Assembly: GCA_964035545.1 (NCBI GenBank)
Contig: OZ037765.1
Span: 34,682,080 to 34,746,079 of the forward strand
DNA from: Bugula neritina
Taxonomy: Eukaryota; Animalia; Bryozoa
Reading direction: 5' to 3'
DNA length: 64,000 nucleotides
The stretch's first letter is position 1. Each line of letters begins with the position of its first letter. The position numbers and the translations under genes were made by a program. Below are positions 1 to 12,900 of the stretch, in pieces. The notes under the pieces are model-generated. The model was not told the DNA's origin and ran no database searches. It worked only from the letters and a program-made list of their open reading frames with translations.

Positions 1-655
1 CCGCCACAAATGTTCCTAAACTACTAGCTTCACCAGGATACAGATTGATGGAGCTGTATTGATAAAAACTTCTCTTTTTAGCAGTAGAGGCATCATGAAA
101 AAAAGGCAAGTATTTTACTCAATAAGAATTCGGTTTTTTACTTCTACAAATTTGATAGCCTACACGATTCTATTTAAATGGAAACTGGTCTGACATAATG
201 TGTCTACAATTTATTAGTTATAATATAGTAAATACTATGCAGGCCTATAGATCAAATGGCTCAAAAAAAATTAAATAAAACATTACACAATGCTGTATTT
301 ATTAGCAATGTAATACTTAGCAACTAATTTCACATTATTATTGTTTGCAAAGTTTCATACATCTACATATGTTTGTTCAATTCAGTGTTCTGAAGTAGAA
401 GGTTCCAACAGCAGGGAAAAGCCTTGAACAAGATATTATGTTCTACATCTCCAACTCATTTTAACTTTGCTGGTCAGTTCATTGTGTATCTGGAGCATAG
501 TTTTGTATTTTCAAGTAGTCCATCAGATACCTTTGTAGATAGTAAAGATTAAAATGCTTGTGCAATGATGTCCATAATGTTGAACCGATTTATTGAAACT
601 AAAACTGTTCTTAATTATAACAAAACTTGACAATCTTTACATAAAGAATAATGTC

Positions 656-1284
656 CTATAATCTATCTTCATTGTAAACAAAATTAGAACGTTCCACACC
701 AGCAAATTGTTTATAATCATCTGTAGGTGGAAGACGCGTGCACTCAGTTATAAAGGCAAGCTGACAGTGGTTTTCTTTGCCTTCTATGAAGATTTGGAAA
801 GAGCCAGAAAATTAATACTCTATAACTGCAAAACCATGTTGTAGTGTCTTGTGTTATTGATTGAATCATCTAAAAGAAAAATTGTTGTATCATTATAATT
901 TTACTGTTAATGAATTAGCAAATCTACTTATCTTGGTAAATATATTCAAGAACAAATACTATAGTGTAACTCAGTTTTGGTTATGTGTATGCTCCTTAAG
1001 CGAATTTACAGCAGATATCAAACTATATATTAGAGACTGATATAGGAATTAAATTTAAGCTAACCATGATGATGTAAATAGCTGTTGTATGTGACTTCGA
1101 GAACTCTGCTGGCCATGTCAGTTCAAATACACCAGGGTGATCTGTTACGAATTTCATGTCATTATTGAAATTCAGCTTTTTCAAGTGCCTCTTCACAACT
1201 CTGGCAGCATTCTGACTGCTCCTTAGCTTTCTGCGCCTGAAATTTCTTCTACTTGCACCATTCTTCTATTGGTGGAATGTTAGC
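656..1284 (-). pseudogene. Decayed P2X7 C-terminal 'ballast'/Nanor-like Zn-binding gene (KolobokP-type transposon accessory gene), two exons approx. 1284-1065 and 869-656
   Basis: The minus strand reads EEWCK*KKFQAQKAKEQSECCQSC...(frameshift)VTDHPG, then WFCSYRVLIFWLFPNLHRRQRKPLSACLYN*VHA(frameshift)LPPTDDYKQFAG. This follows the family pattern WCxCxxC..E..CC..CITxHPGF..RxxAYR..W..R.PLPSC..IR..FP..YxGF. AG acceptors and a GT donor are present, along with several stops and frameshifts. Confidence 0.7.
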
Positions 1285-2690
1285 CTATAACAAACAGGTG
1301 TACCAAAGCTAAAAAAATATCTAATTCACTGCACTAGGATATTATTCAACTCATTTAAATTTAATATATAGCAGTAAAACAATCACATAATTGTTTTTAT
1401 TTTATCAGCTTTACTTTACAAAGCTGAACCATATAATTTAGTAACTTGTCACCATAATAAACTTTGTACAACATACAAATTGAAAACCTGATGTGATTGC
1501 TTTTTTAATAGAATATACATCAAAAACATGTTACTTTGATAAGCGTGTTTATAATAAAAGTATTAAACCAGTTTGAAAAAATTATTTTGTTATATAAGGG
1601 ATCACAAAACTACATCATTTTAGACCTGTAGCTCAATGTTCCTCAAGCAACGGGCTGCTATGACTAATTAATTTTCTATCATTGCATTTGATTGTTCTAC
1701 TCATAGTGTATTGGCAAATTAAAATTATTGGTAATTTAATGTATATTTTAGCTACCTTTGTACAATCAATGTCATAGTAATATCAATTAAGTTTTAAATT
1801 TCACTGAGTTTATAGTAAATTACTGCAACCGTTACATAACATTTGGCTAGTTCTCTAGTTCATTAAATAACCATACGAACTTAAATTTACAACATGACAA
1901 AACACACAAAGCAAAATTAAAATAAGCATATTATGAACCAATGTAAATGATAAGCGATAATGCTGTTATAAAACATAAATTATCAAATTGAAATAGTTAT
2001 TATTACTATTAGTATTACTATCATTATAACAACTATAACTATTATTAGTATTACTATTAGTATTAGCAAATTAGTAGTAAAAAATGAGTAGAGCTCAACA
2101 TATACAATCTAGCTTACTATAAAAGTAGAAGTAGAACTTTTAAAACTATCATCTGCATCATTATCAGAACTATGAGTAATACTAGTAGTTGTACTAATAG
2201 TAATACTAATTATTAATACTAATACTAGTAATAGTATCACTATGAGTATGAGACTTGGGCTGGCAGTGATTATCACTATCAGTATCACTTATCAGCATCG
2301 TCATAGTCAAAAGTTACAAGAATTAGAAGCCATATTCATAGTAATAGTCAATCATTGATTGAGTAAATGTCATAGTGATACTCATACTCATAATTAATTT
2401 ATACGATACTCATACTCATAGTGATAGTGATACTTCACCGTGAATTTAATAATAATTTTAATTTAATATAAATATCATTATAATTTATTATCATTGTTGC
2501 TAATATTATGTCTTACTCTTAGTCTAACAGCAGCTCTATGAAGAAGTTAAACATAACTGATAACAAAACAAATTTAAAAAATAATACTGCAACAATCAAT
2601 ATAATGTATATCAATATGCTAGCAACCTAATTTTCAGCTCACTTCATTAACTTTCCGTGCAGTATTGTGAATTGTGATGAAATAAATTTA

Positions 2691-3003
2691 TTAATGGTGA
2701 CCTTGACATCTTCGTCCAAATGCCTTTCACGTCAAGCCCCGAACCAATTTGTAAAAATTTTGGATTTTTTACTTTTGATTATTTTTTACGAAAAGAGCTT
2801 CAAAATAAATTTAAAAAAAAGTGAGCTGTTGTCCACATGAAAAGAAATATATGAGCTAATTTTCTAAATTCAGGAAGTTACCAGAGGGTCACAATATTTT
2901 TTTAAAAAAAATCTTTATTTTCACGACAAGCTCTATATATTAATATAGAAAAAAAGAAGACAACTCTTTTTTCAGATTTTTCATGTGCCACGGTCACGTC
3001 AAT
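2691..3003. mobile_element. Degenerate Kolobok-like terminal unit/MITE
   Basis: TTAA at 2691 is followed by GTGACCTTGACA (2697-2708), whose imperfect inverted copy TGCCACGGTCAC lies at 2986-2997. TTTCACG(T/A)CAAGC is repeated internally. The unit lies upstream of the P2X7-like remnant. Confidence 0.4.
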
Positions 3004-4094
3004 ATCAGTGCTATTAACATATATATTTTAATTCATTTTTTCTAGTATATTGAGTTGAGATTTTTTGTATATATTTTGTGAATGCTATTAAAAAAGTATG
3101 ATCTTTTAATTAACAGTAATTGATTTTATCAAAATAACCTGGATGCTTACGATGTTTTAGATTTAAAATGTACACCTGAAATGTAGTCCTTTGTTCAACC
3201 TGACACAGGTGTTTGTGAAACTGCATGAAGTGTTGCAAGTTGAAGCTGGTGGAGACAACCTCTTCTAATGTGCTGCGAGTAGAGAGAGTAGAGTTTTAGT
3301 TCAGGGGTGGAAGGGGGAATAAAAAGTGCACTTGTGAATTTATGGACATACAAGTGGATTACATAATCATGTACAGATATTAATTATTATAATAAGAGAT
3401 GAAAGATTAATGAATGATGTCTTGGAGGTTTCCTTTGTGCTGAAGACTTGCATTACCCAGTATATTCCATTTAGTCACCTAAAAACATGGGAAAGGACTG
3501 CTAATAAGTTAATTAGCTAATTTATATGGATATGAATTTAATATGTGGGGTGAGCAAGCATTAACATAAATAATTTAGTTGCTACTGCAGAACTGGCTGT
3601 AGAAAGTGATTGATGAGTGAAGGAGCTGGTGTATACAGTGCTAACCAACTATCCCTCCTCTTTAGACCGGCCAACAGCCAGGCAGTTTTTCTTTCTGGTC
3701 TGGAGGTGTATCTGTCTCTAACACCATAGGAAGGAGTTGAGAAATATTTCTGTAAAGCTTTTCAAATAGCAAGATATTTTAGATGAAGCATCTCTGTTCA
3801 AAACCCAGCAGCAAACTATTTTCTAGAGATGAGATGTGAGTTTCTAATCTCCAGGAGTTAGAGAGTGGGAGATTTAATAGCTGGTCACTCACGGCTCCAT
3901 TACACACTCTCAAAGCTTCATTAGCCACTCACATGTGTGAAAGTGGAGTTGGAGAGTGTATTGTATCATACACAAGTGGTAGTGTTGGCTGTACGGATTA
4001 ACATCAACTTTCACAGTTTACACAGCACTTGTGAGGATAAACTGAATGTTAGAGAAGAGACTAGAGAGTTGCTGAAGGATACTTGTGAGGAGAT

Positions 4095-4320
4095 GTAACC
4101 ACCTGTAACCTGCACTATGTACCTGTAACCTGCACTACGTACCTGCACTGTGTACCTGCACTATGTACCTGCACTATGTACCTGCACTACGTACCTGCAC
4201 TACGTACCTGCACTATGTACCTGCACTATGTACCTGCACTACGTACCTGCACTATGTACCTGCACTGTGTACCTGCACTATGTGCCTGCACCATGTAGCA
4301 GTGTGACCTGCACTATGTGC
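4095..4320. repeat. 13-bp minisatellite (ACCTGCACTATGT)n in TCF intron 5
   Basis: Tandem units are visible directly. The transcribed strand reads (GTACATAGTGCAG)n. Confidence 0.9.
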
Positions 4321-4700
4321 TGACCCTGTAATGGGAAGGAGGGCCTAACCCCCCCCCTCCTAGCAGATCAATAGCTACAAACTTGCCTGTTCCTATAATA
4401 TTCTTATTTTAATAGTGGAAAAAGTTTTCAACTTAAATATAGTAATAGTTGTGAGTGACTAAGAGTGATTGCACGTGGGTGAGTAACTGAGAGACTGTGA
4501 ATGAGTGACTAAGAGTGAGTGAGGAGTCAATCAGTGAAACTGAATAGATCATCTAGTAATCAACTGCAACTGAATATATTACTTCTCACCCATTTACTGT
4601 CCACAACAGTTATTTCCAAGAGAAAGAGTTAACATTTTACTAATAGTATAATTTAAATCACATTTATTTTTAGAAATACACACTTCAAGATAAACTACTG

Positions 4701-4981
4701 TACCATGCTGCAGATATCACTCACCATGATTGTACTGATGCAGATATCACCTACCATGATTGTACTGATGCAGATATCACTTACCATGATTGTACTGATG
4801 CAGATATCACCTACCATGATTGTACTGATGCAGATATCACCTACCATGATTGTACTGATGCAGATATCACCTACCATGATTGTACTGATGCAGATATCAC
4901 CTACCATGATTGTACTGATGCAGATATCACCTACCATGATTGTACTGATGCAGATATCACTTACCATGATTGTACTGATGC
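4701..4981. repeat. 30-bp tandem repeat, about 9 copies, spanning the TCF exon 5 donor
   Basis: Unit CAGATATCAC(C/T)TACCATGATTGTACTGATG. The rightmost unit contains the real exon end. Confidence 0.95.
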
Positions 4982-7900
4982 GGCAAGGTCTGAATAAAAC
5001 GGCGAGTATTGGCCAGAAGCTCCTGCCAAGGGGAATAGAGATGGTCTGTGCAGCCCTGGAAACAGAAGCTAAGTGTAACATTGCGGGCGGACACACACCC
5101 CCCCCCCTAACTGGGGAGAGAAATAAATAACAACTTTATACTTTTAGAACTTTCTGGAAAAAGGTCCAGGAAAATATTGTAAACAAATGGCCATAAATAA
5201 AGCTGGAGTGGAAGTTGAGGCAAGGAAGACAGATAAAGAGAGATAACATTCCACACAGCTGGATGTCTCCACACAGCTCCACCAGAGTATCTCCAGTGTA
5301 GACTGAGTGAGTAGGTACGGGTAGCTCAAGGGGGCCAAGCAGAGCATGTGTGAAGCTGGTTATACCCAATTTAAATTATTGTTAATTGAAAAAATGTTGA
5401 AAGCAGAAATACATAGGTTTTCAGTAAGTTGGTGATGCTATATGTCTGCAGTTATTGGAAAGCATTAGATACAGGTAAAGGCAGGTAGAAGCAGGTAAAG
5501 GCAGGTAGAAGCAGGTAAAGGCAGGTAGAAGCATCTAATTGTAGGTAGAGGCATGTAGAGGTAGGTGGATACAGGTAAAGGCAGGTTGATGAAGATAGTT
5601 GCAGGTAGATAAAGATAGAGGCAGGTAGATAAAGATAGAGGCAGGTAAAGGCATGTAGATATAGGTAAAGGCAGGTAGGGGCAGGTTGTGGCAGGTAGAT
5701 GCAGGTAGGGGCAGATAGATGGAGGTAGGGGCAGGTAGATGCAGGTAGATATAGGTAAAGGCAGGTAGGGGCAGGTAAAGGCAGGTTGAGTTACTTACAA
5801 GCAAGAGCTGGTGACAGGTTGCCCGCTCTATGCTCTACAAATAAACAAGTTAATGTATACCAACCATTAGAGCATAAGCTAACAACATGCTCCCTAACAC
5901 AACTTGTCATTGGCCAATAACATTAGCCAATCACAGAGTGGCTTGAGAATTACCTCCCCTGGAGTTTCCACAGGACGAGGTATCACCAGGTAACTCTACT
6001 GTGTAGAGAGACATGGTGTCAAGGGAGGTAATTCCCATCTCTAACGAAGGTCAACTAGCTCTTATACGCTGTATGGTAGGGTTAGCTTGTTATTCTATAC
6101 ACATGCCACAGCCAGCCTTACCATGCAAGACAGTTTAACTTTAGCACTCTATTCAGCTATTAGTAGTGGTTGGTGCAGCCTGAGTGTAGCCTGGGAACCT
6201 ACCTGATTTGTCTAAGGATAGTAGGGACAGTCCAGGCATGCCCGTATGTGCTGGTGGTGGGTGTAAGTGATCAAAGGGTGGCCCCAACCCTAATTTATTA
6301 GCCTGCAAATAAACCAACAAAGTTATATCACTGTATATAATATAACAGAGTAGTATATTCTAACCAACCATCTGGTTGACTTACTTGAAAATCTGAGAGA
6401 AAGTGAAGAAAATGGAGTTAGTAGAGAGAGGAAGAGATAGAAGAAGATTAAGAGGTGTTTGTGTGTGGAGAGGGTTGATTGACATTGTGTACAGCTATGA
6501 TAAGGCATTCACTTCAAACAAATTGAATTTCCGAGCTGAATGGGTCACATGACACTGTGGTATTGGGTTATAAGAAGACGACAAGAGAAACACTGCTATA
6601 ATAAAAGACTGTACCAATCAAATAAAAAATCAGAGACAATCAAAGCTCCTTTTGTGTACAGTTGATGGTGAGATTGGGTTTCAGCATTCCTGTACAAGCA
6701 GGGCCCTGTGATATAACAACAAGCACCAGCTAGAAACTCATGTAGCAATATTCAACAGTTCCCACCTCTCAACTCATTATATTCAAGTCTCTCCTACAAT
6801 ATTTGATTTTCATTTCTTTATAACAAAACAAACAGAATGTTACATTATGTAAGCCAATACCCCTCATAGAAACTCTGCCTTTATAGTCCACATTCAATTC
6901 AGCTTTTTGTTAATTTGAAAAACTGGTTAATTCAGCCAGGCAACTGTATTAACTCATTCTGTATCCAACTGCACGTACACTGTACTTACTGTACACATAC
7001 TGTACACACACTGTACATACTGTACTTACTGTACACACACTGTACTTACTGTACACACACTGTACATACTGTACACACACTGTACACACACTGTACTTAC
7101 TGTACACACTGTACATACTGTACTTACTGTACACACACTGTACTTACTGTGTACACACTGTACTTACTGTACACACACTGTACTTACTGTACACACACTG
7201 TACACACACTGTACTTACTGTACACACTGTACTTACTGTACACACACTGTACATACAATGTACATGTACATAAAGTGTACATACAGTGAAGTGAACACTA
7301 TAAGTTCATATAACAAACAGAAAGCCTGCCAGCTTTTCTCTAGCCCTGGTACTCTATATAGCTCTGTACCCCCCCCCCCCACCCTAACCAACCCCCTCCC
7401 TCTACTACCAAACATTTCTAACATGTGTCTACATTATATGCCATGTCTTATAATTACTACAGTGTGGATTTTTAAGGATTAAATATCAGTTATTTAATAC
7501 CAGAAATTAATAAACCCTCCATTACATGTTTGTTATGCTTCAGCCTAATTTCCTGCTAATTGTGTCTTTTTTCTCTAAAATTATTGATCAAACTGTGACA
7601 CTGTGTGTCAAATATATATTACCTGTACATAAAATACATTACCTGTACATAAAATACATTACCTGTACATAAAATACATTACCTGTACATAAAACACACA
7701 TGTTGTAATATTCAGTATATAATACACATGTTATAATACAACACACTCAGACTATACTATACAATACACTCAGACTATACCATATAATACACTCAGACTA
7801 TACTATACAATACACTCAGACTATACCATACAATACACTCAGACTATACCATATAATACACTCAGACTATACCATATAATACACTCAGACTATATCATAT

Positions 7901-9859
7901 AATACACTCAGACTATACCATAATTATAATAAACTCAGACTATACCATATAATACACTCAGACTATACTATACAATACACTCAGACTATACCATACAATA
8001 CACTCAGACTACACCATATGGTAGGATAATATACAGGCAGGGCTTGGCACCAGTTCAGATTTGACTAATTATGAAGCCTTTGAAGTTGAGCCACAAATAT
8101 TAAACTGAGAGTAGATGATTATTATACTAGACTCTGGTGTAATCTCTATAACTCTATGTTATATTTATTTCACCGCAAGGAGCTCCTATACACTGCATTG
8201 TCTCTTTGCACTTCCTCTCTTCTTTAAGGTTTATGGTAATCACGTATTACATAATAACACTTCTCTGTGTGTAGTAAAATGTAAGTCTTTTAATGTTGAG
8301 GCAGAGCGGTTGGCAGGTGAAGTAGGAAGTTGTATTTCAGCAGCAAAAGTTCATCTGGTTAATCCATAGGTTGAATAAATGCTGTCGGGAAAGGGCTGGA
8401 CATATTATTAACTGCATGAACACATTCCATGGTGGTGAGGTCACCAGGGGCTGATTTCACTTTCCAGAGGGATTACTGGACTGTACCGAATATTTCAACC
8501 TAATAGATTAGTTTCCAATGAACCGACAGTTGAGTAAAGGGACTCACAGCTATATTTAGTAAATATAATAAAGTTACAGTGAGCACGGCAAGACAAAGAG
8601 CTGGTGTGTACAGATCTCAGCTATGTTGAACATACACAATACTAGAGTTACTTGTGACATGCTATCTTATTGTTGTATTCATATCTCATACATAAAACAC
8701 AAACTAATGGGTAGCCATGATTTGTATGTAGTTGACATGATCAATTATTCTCCTTGCTCATCTCATTATGACAGTTAAACACATTTTCTCTCCGCTTATT
8801 TCATTGTGTAAACTCAGTGCTTGTTTAGTGAATGTATTCGAGTGGAATTTAAGCAGGTGCTACTACCAGGTAATGGGTAGAAATTCTCGGCCATTCCACG
8901 AGTCTTTCAGCAGCTGGTGGAAACAGTTCAATATAGTTCAAGGTCACCATTATCCCGCTGCTCTCTGTAATCTATTAGCTAACTGCATCTACTCTAACTA
9001 TGAGTGACAACTCTAATTAATTCACTGCCACAGCTTCTTGGTGCTCATACTTACAAAATTACTTTTAGTAAAATTTTTTATTATTGCAAAACAGGCCAAA
9101 AAAGATGCTTCAACTGTTGCAATTTCCACATAAAACACTTCCACAGGCTCACCTAGTGGTCTTCGGAGAAGTTCTATAATTATAACATCAACTGAAGAGA
9201 AAGTAAAGGGATATACAGTAACTAGTATATATTATAACATCAACTGGAGAGAAAGTTCTACATGGTCATCTGTCACACAATCCCTGACTCATCTCTTGCT
9301 AAATTAATGATAAGAAAGACTGTACAGGAAGGTTTTTGTTCACAAGATTATTATCTCTTTGATATATTTGCTCATGAAAATTTGGTAACAACCACGGCAA
9401 CTTCTGAGCTTTAAGTTATTATAGGAGTATTTCCACTGAAGTTAATAAGAAACTAGAGTTTTGAGAAAGGAAACGAAACCACTCACTTGGCGGACACTGT
9501 AGCATATAATTTGAATGCATTTATATGAAATTTAAACAGCCAAATCAATATTGAAAGCCTTTTTTTGCTACAACTCCATAGAAGTACTACATGTTCTACC
9601 AATACTGAGTAGTTAATACAGTACTATTGGGCACTGATACTGAGTCGTACAACTGATACTGAGTAGTACAACTGATAGTGAGTAGTGCATCAGTGAAATA
9701 TTTCTTCTAGCTCTCATATTTCAGAAGAAAGGATGTTATGGGCCATTAATCCAAAACTTACGAGAAACCATTTAAAAGACGAATTTAAACCTTAGAAAAA
9801 GCTGAGTAATTCATTCTTTGCTATCAAATAGACACGCAGACAGACACGCACACACACGC

Positions 9860-9909
<50 letters not shown>

Positions 9910-12900
9910 GAACATGTGGTATTATTCTTTCTCTATTATTTGCTACAAATATTACAGAATTAACTAACCAAACCCCTAATCTAGTTGAAATCACCAAACA
10001 ATGAGATGAGTGTGATTGGATGATATGGTGGGATATGGTGGGATATGGTGGGATATGGTGGGATAGATGGTGAGTTCAAGTGGTAGTAATTAGACCTGAG
10101 AGATAGTCTGTATAATATACTTATATCTCTCTCTCAAGTATTATTGGAGCAGCCAAAACCTCTCATTCAGTTCTACATTGTATACGACAGAAATATATCT
10201 TGATGCTATTATTAGAATAAAAATCATTTATCAACTTTTGTTTCGTTAACTTTTAACCTGGAGATATAAATGATAAAATTTAGCAGATTATTCCCGAATT
10301 AAAACAGCTGAGCAAGTCTGTGTATTAGAGGATATTAGGATAGTAGGGTTGGCCAGAAGGACGGAAGGATTTACTACAAGATAATTCCTTGATATTACAA
10401 GTAACTGACCTAAAATCCCTGCTAAAGTAGGGCCGTCTTACGTTTCATTAAACTAACCGTAGACATCTTTATGTACTCAACTGTTCCCACTAGCTCTGGG
10501 CTAACTTACTCACTTTTAGGGCTTACAACAAACTCAGCACAAAACGTGGGAGGAGAAGGGATACTGTTGTGATGTTTTCATCCACTAAGACTTCATCAAA
10601 AGCAATAAATATACAGTCACCTTTTGCCAGTGCAGATTAGAATTTGATGTGCAGCAGTACGGAATATGGGAGGGCAAGCAGTACTGAATATGGGAGGGCA
10701 GTTGCTGAGGCCATGTAGGTTACATGTAACTATTTATTAGAGCAAATAACGTACAGTCAACACGGATTAATGGGGGATATAAGGTTTCACTGCAGTAGTA
10801 AAGTTATATTACATACACGGCACACAAAGCAGTTGAGTCTCTTTGTTGCTCTGTTTGTTTTTTGTAGCTGACTGCAATTCTCAAGTTCTTGTTGGATTAC
10901 AATACCAGCCAGCCCGTTCATTATCAGCAGATGAATTTAACAACTAGGGGGTGCTAAATCAACACTGATATGCCTTTCACCACGCACTGGCTACGAGTTG
11001 ACACTACCCTATCAGCAGATAGCAACTTCAGTCACTGCTCGGCTAGTCGGACTAGTACTGAGTCAAACTAGTACTAGGTGGCAGTCAGCTAGTACTGAGT
11101 CAAACTAGTACTAGGTGGCAGTCAACTAGTACTGAGCTGAACTAGGTGGCAGGGAAAAGCCTCTTCAGACCAGCAAATTGGCTTGCTAAGCACAGCCCAG
11201 TTGCCCAATACTAGCGATAGCTTGCAGACGTAATGAGAAAAATATGCCAGTCAGAAAAAATTAAATTATTTAATCACTTTTTCTCCGCTAGTCTGGGGTG
11301 AGTTGATTGAGTTGTTAATTCCATGTCAAAGTTGGAGTGTATTAGGAGAAAGGACATGGAGAGAAAGTTGAATGGTTGTGATGAGTTGTAATGATTAATG
11401 AGTGTATAGACTCAATCATATCTACATCTGAGGTGCAGCGCAAGACTAGAACAGGCACTAACCCAACTACTCAACTCTCTAAGAGCATAAACATGTCAAA
11501 ATAACGAACAACTTTAGCAATCTAGACTCAGTGTGAACAGCTACTACAAGAGATAGAGCAGGTAGAGTGGCCAATTCATTAGCAGTGAATCACTAGTGAT
11601 ACGGCTTGAGTTGGACTTGAATTAGTGAGGAGAAAGGAGAAGTGGTGACAATGTTGAAGTAATACGGCAGGTAGTAGCAGCTAATCTCATACAAGTGTAG
11701 CACAAGTATTGTACATTAGTTGTATTATAAATACTTGATACTGCTGTGCAGGAGTGGATAGCAGTATTGGATAGGGGTTACTATACTTACGGCAGCACCA
11801 TTATGTGTGTAGGGGTAGAAGTAGAAGGGATTAACATCGTGTTCGGTGGGCAGTCGAGAGGCACTCCCGCTCTTCTCTACAAATAATACAAACATTTATA
11901 AGTGACACAAAATGCTGTGTATTGGGGATAAGTGAAGCTATAGATGGAGAGAAATGAGGGATTACGTGTGGTGAGAAGGAGTTGTGGCCGCTTGGGCAGT
12001 ACATAGGATAGTGTTGTGGGGTAACACTGGAGTTAATCAAATCACACAGAAAGTCAGTTTAATTGATTAGCACATTAGAAAAACAAAGACACACTTAATC
12101 TGCACACAATACCCTGTCAATAAACCTGCTTATTGCACAGAGGCGAAACTCTGTCCACATTGTCTCACAACTCCTTTCATATGGAAAGAATTATACTTAA
12201 GAAAAAGGGACATCTTCTCAAACAATTAAATTATACATGCTTGGCCAGCTTTTCAATGTACCTGTATGCGTGAGATTTGTCACTCTACTTCATATTTATT
12301 CTATTTACCTGTACGTCCTACATTTACCTTTCCAATGTCTAAATATTTGATTGGTGAATATATTTCATGACATTTTATGTAATAGAAACCCATAAAATAT
12401 TCAACAGAGCTGGTGGAATAGTGAAGCAAGCTGGTGGAATACGCTGACATTTAGCTCCATGCAACTGGCAGCGCTGACAGACCAGATGAAAGGCAGCTGT
12501 TTACTGACACTGGGGTAAAGCTAAGCTGTTACAGTGTGTTACAGTGTGTAGTTACTGTACGGTAGGTGCATTGAAAAGGCACTAATTGTTCTGTTTGCTT
12601 CAATTAGTGGATTTGGATAAATAAAACAGGTGCTGAAAGCTTTAAAATACATCTGCTCTTTGCCTTTCTACGCCTGCCCGCCTGGCTAGCTATACTGTTG
12701 TGATATAACATCTTACTATATCTTAGAGACTTTCCTAAGACTAGTCATCAGAAAGTTGGTTTCATTTCTAATTCGAATTGCCACAAGCCCTCGGAAATAT
12801 CTCATTTTTATGTATTTGTTTTTGTCTTTTGTGCGTGATGACTCGGGTGAATCAGGGATATTGAATTATAATAACCATGAAGTAAGAAATAACTTAAAAT

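Noticed and set aside
3648-3749. Possible TCF exon 6 (KYFSTPSYG...RRDSW)
   Set aside because: Its acceptor phase does not fit exon 5 (the phase-2 join creates TGA) and it has no TCF similarity.
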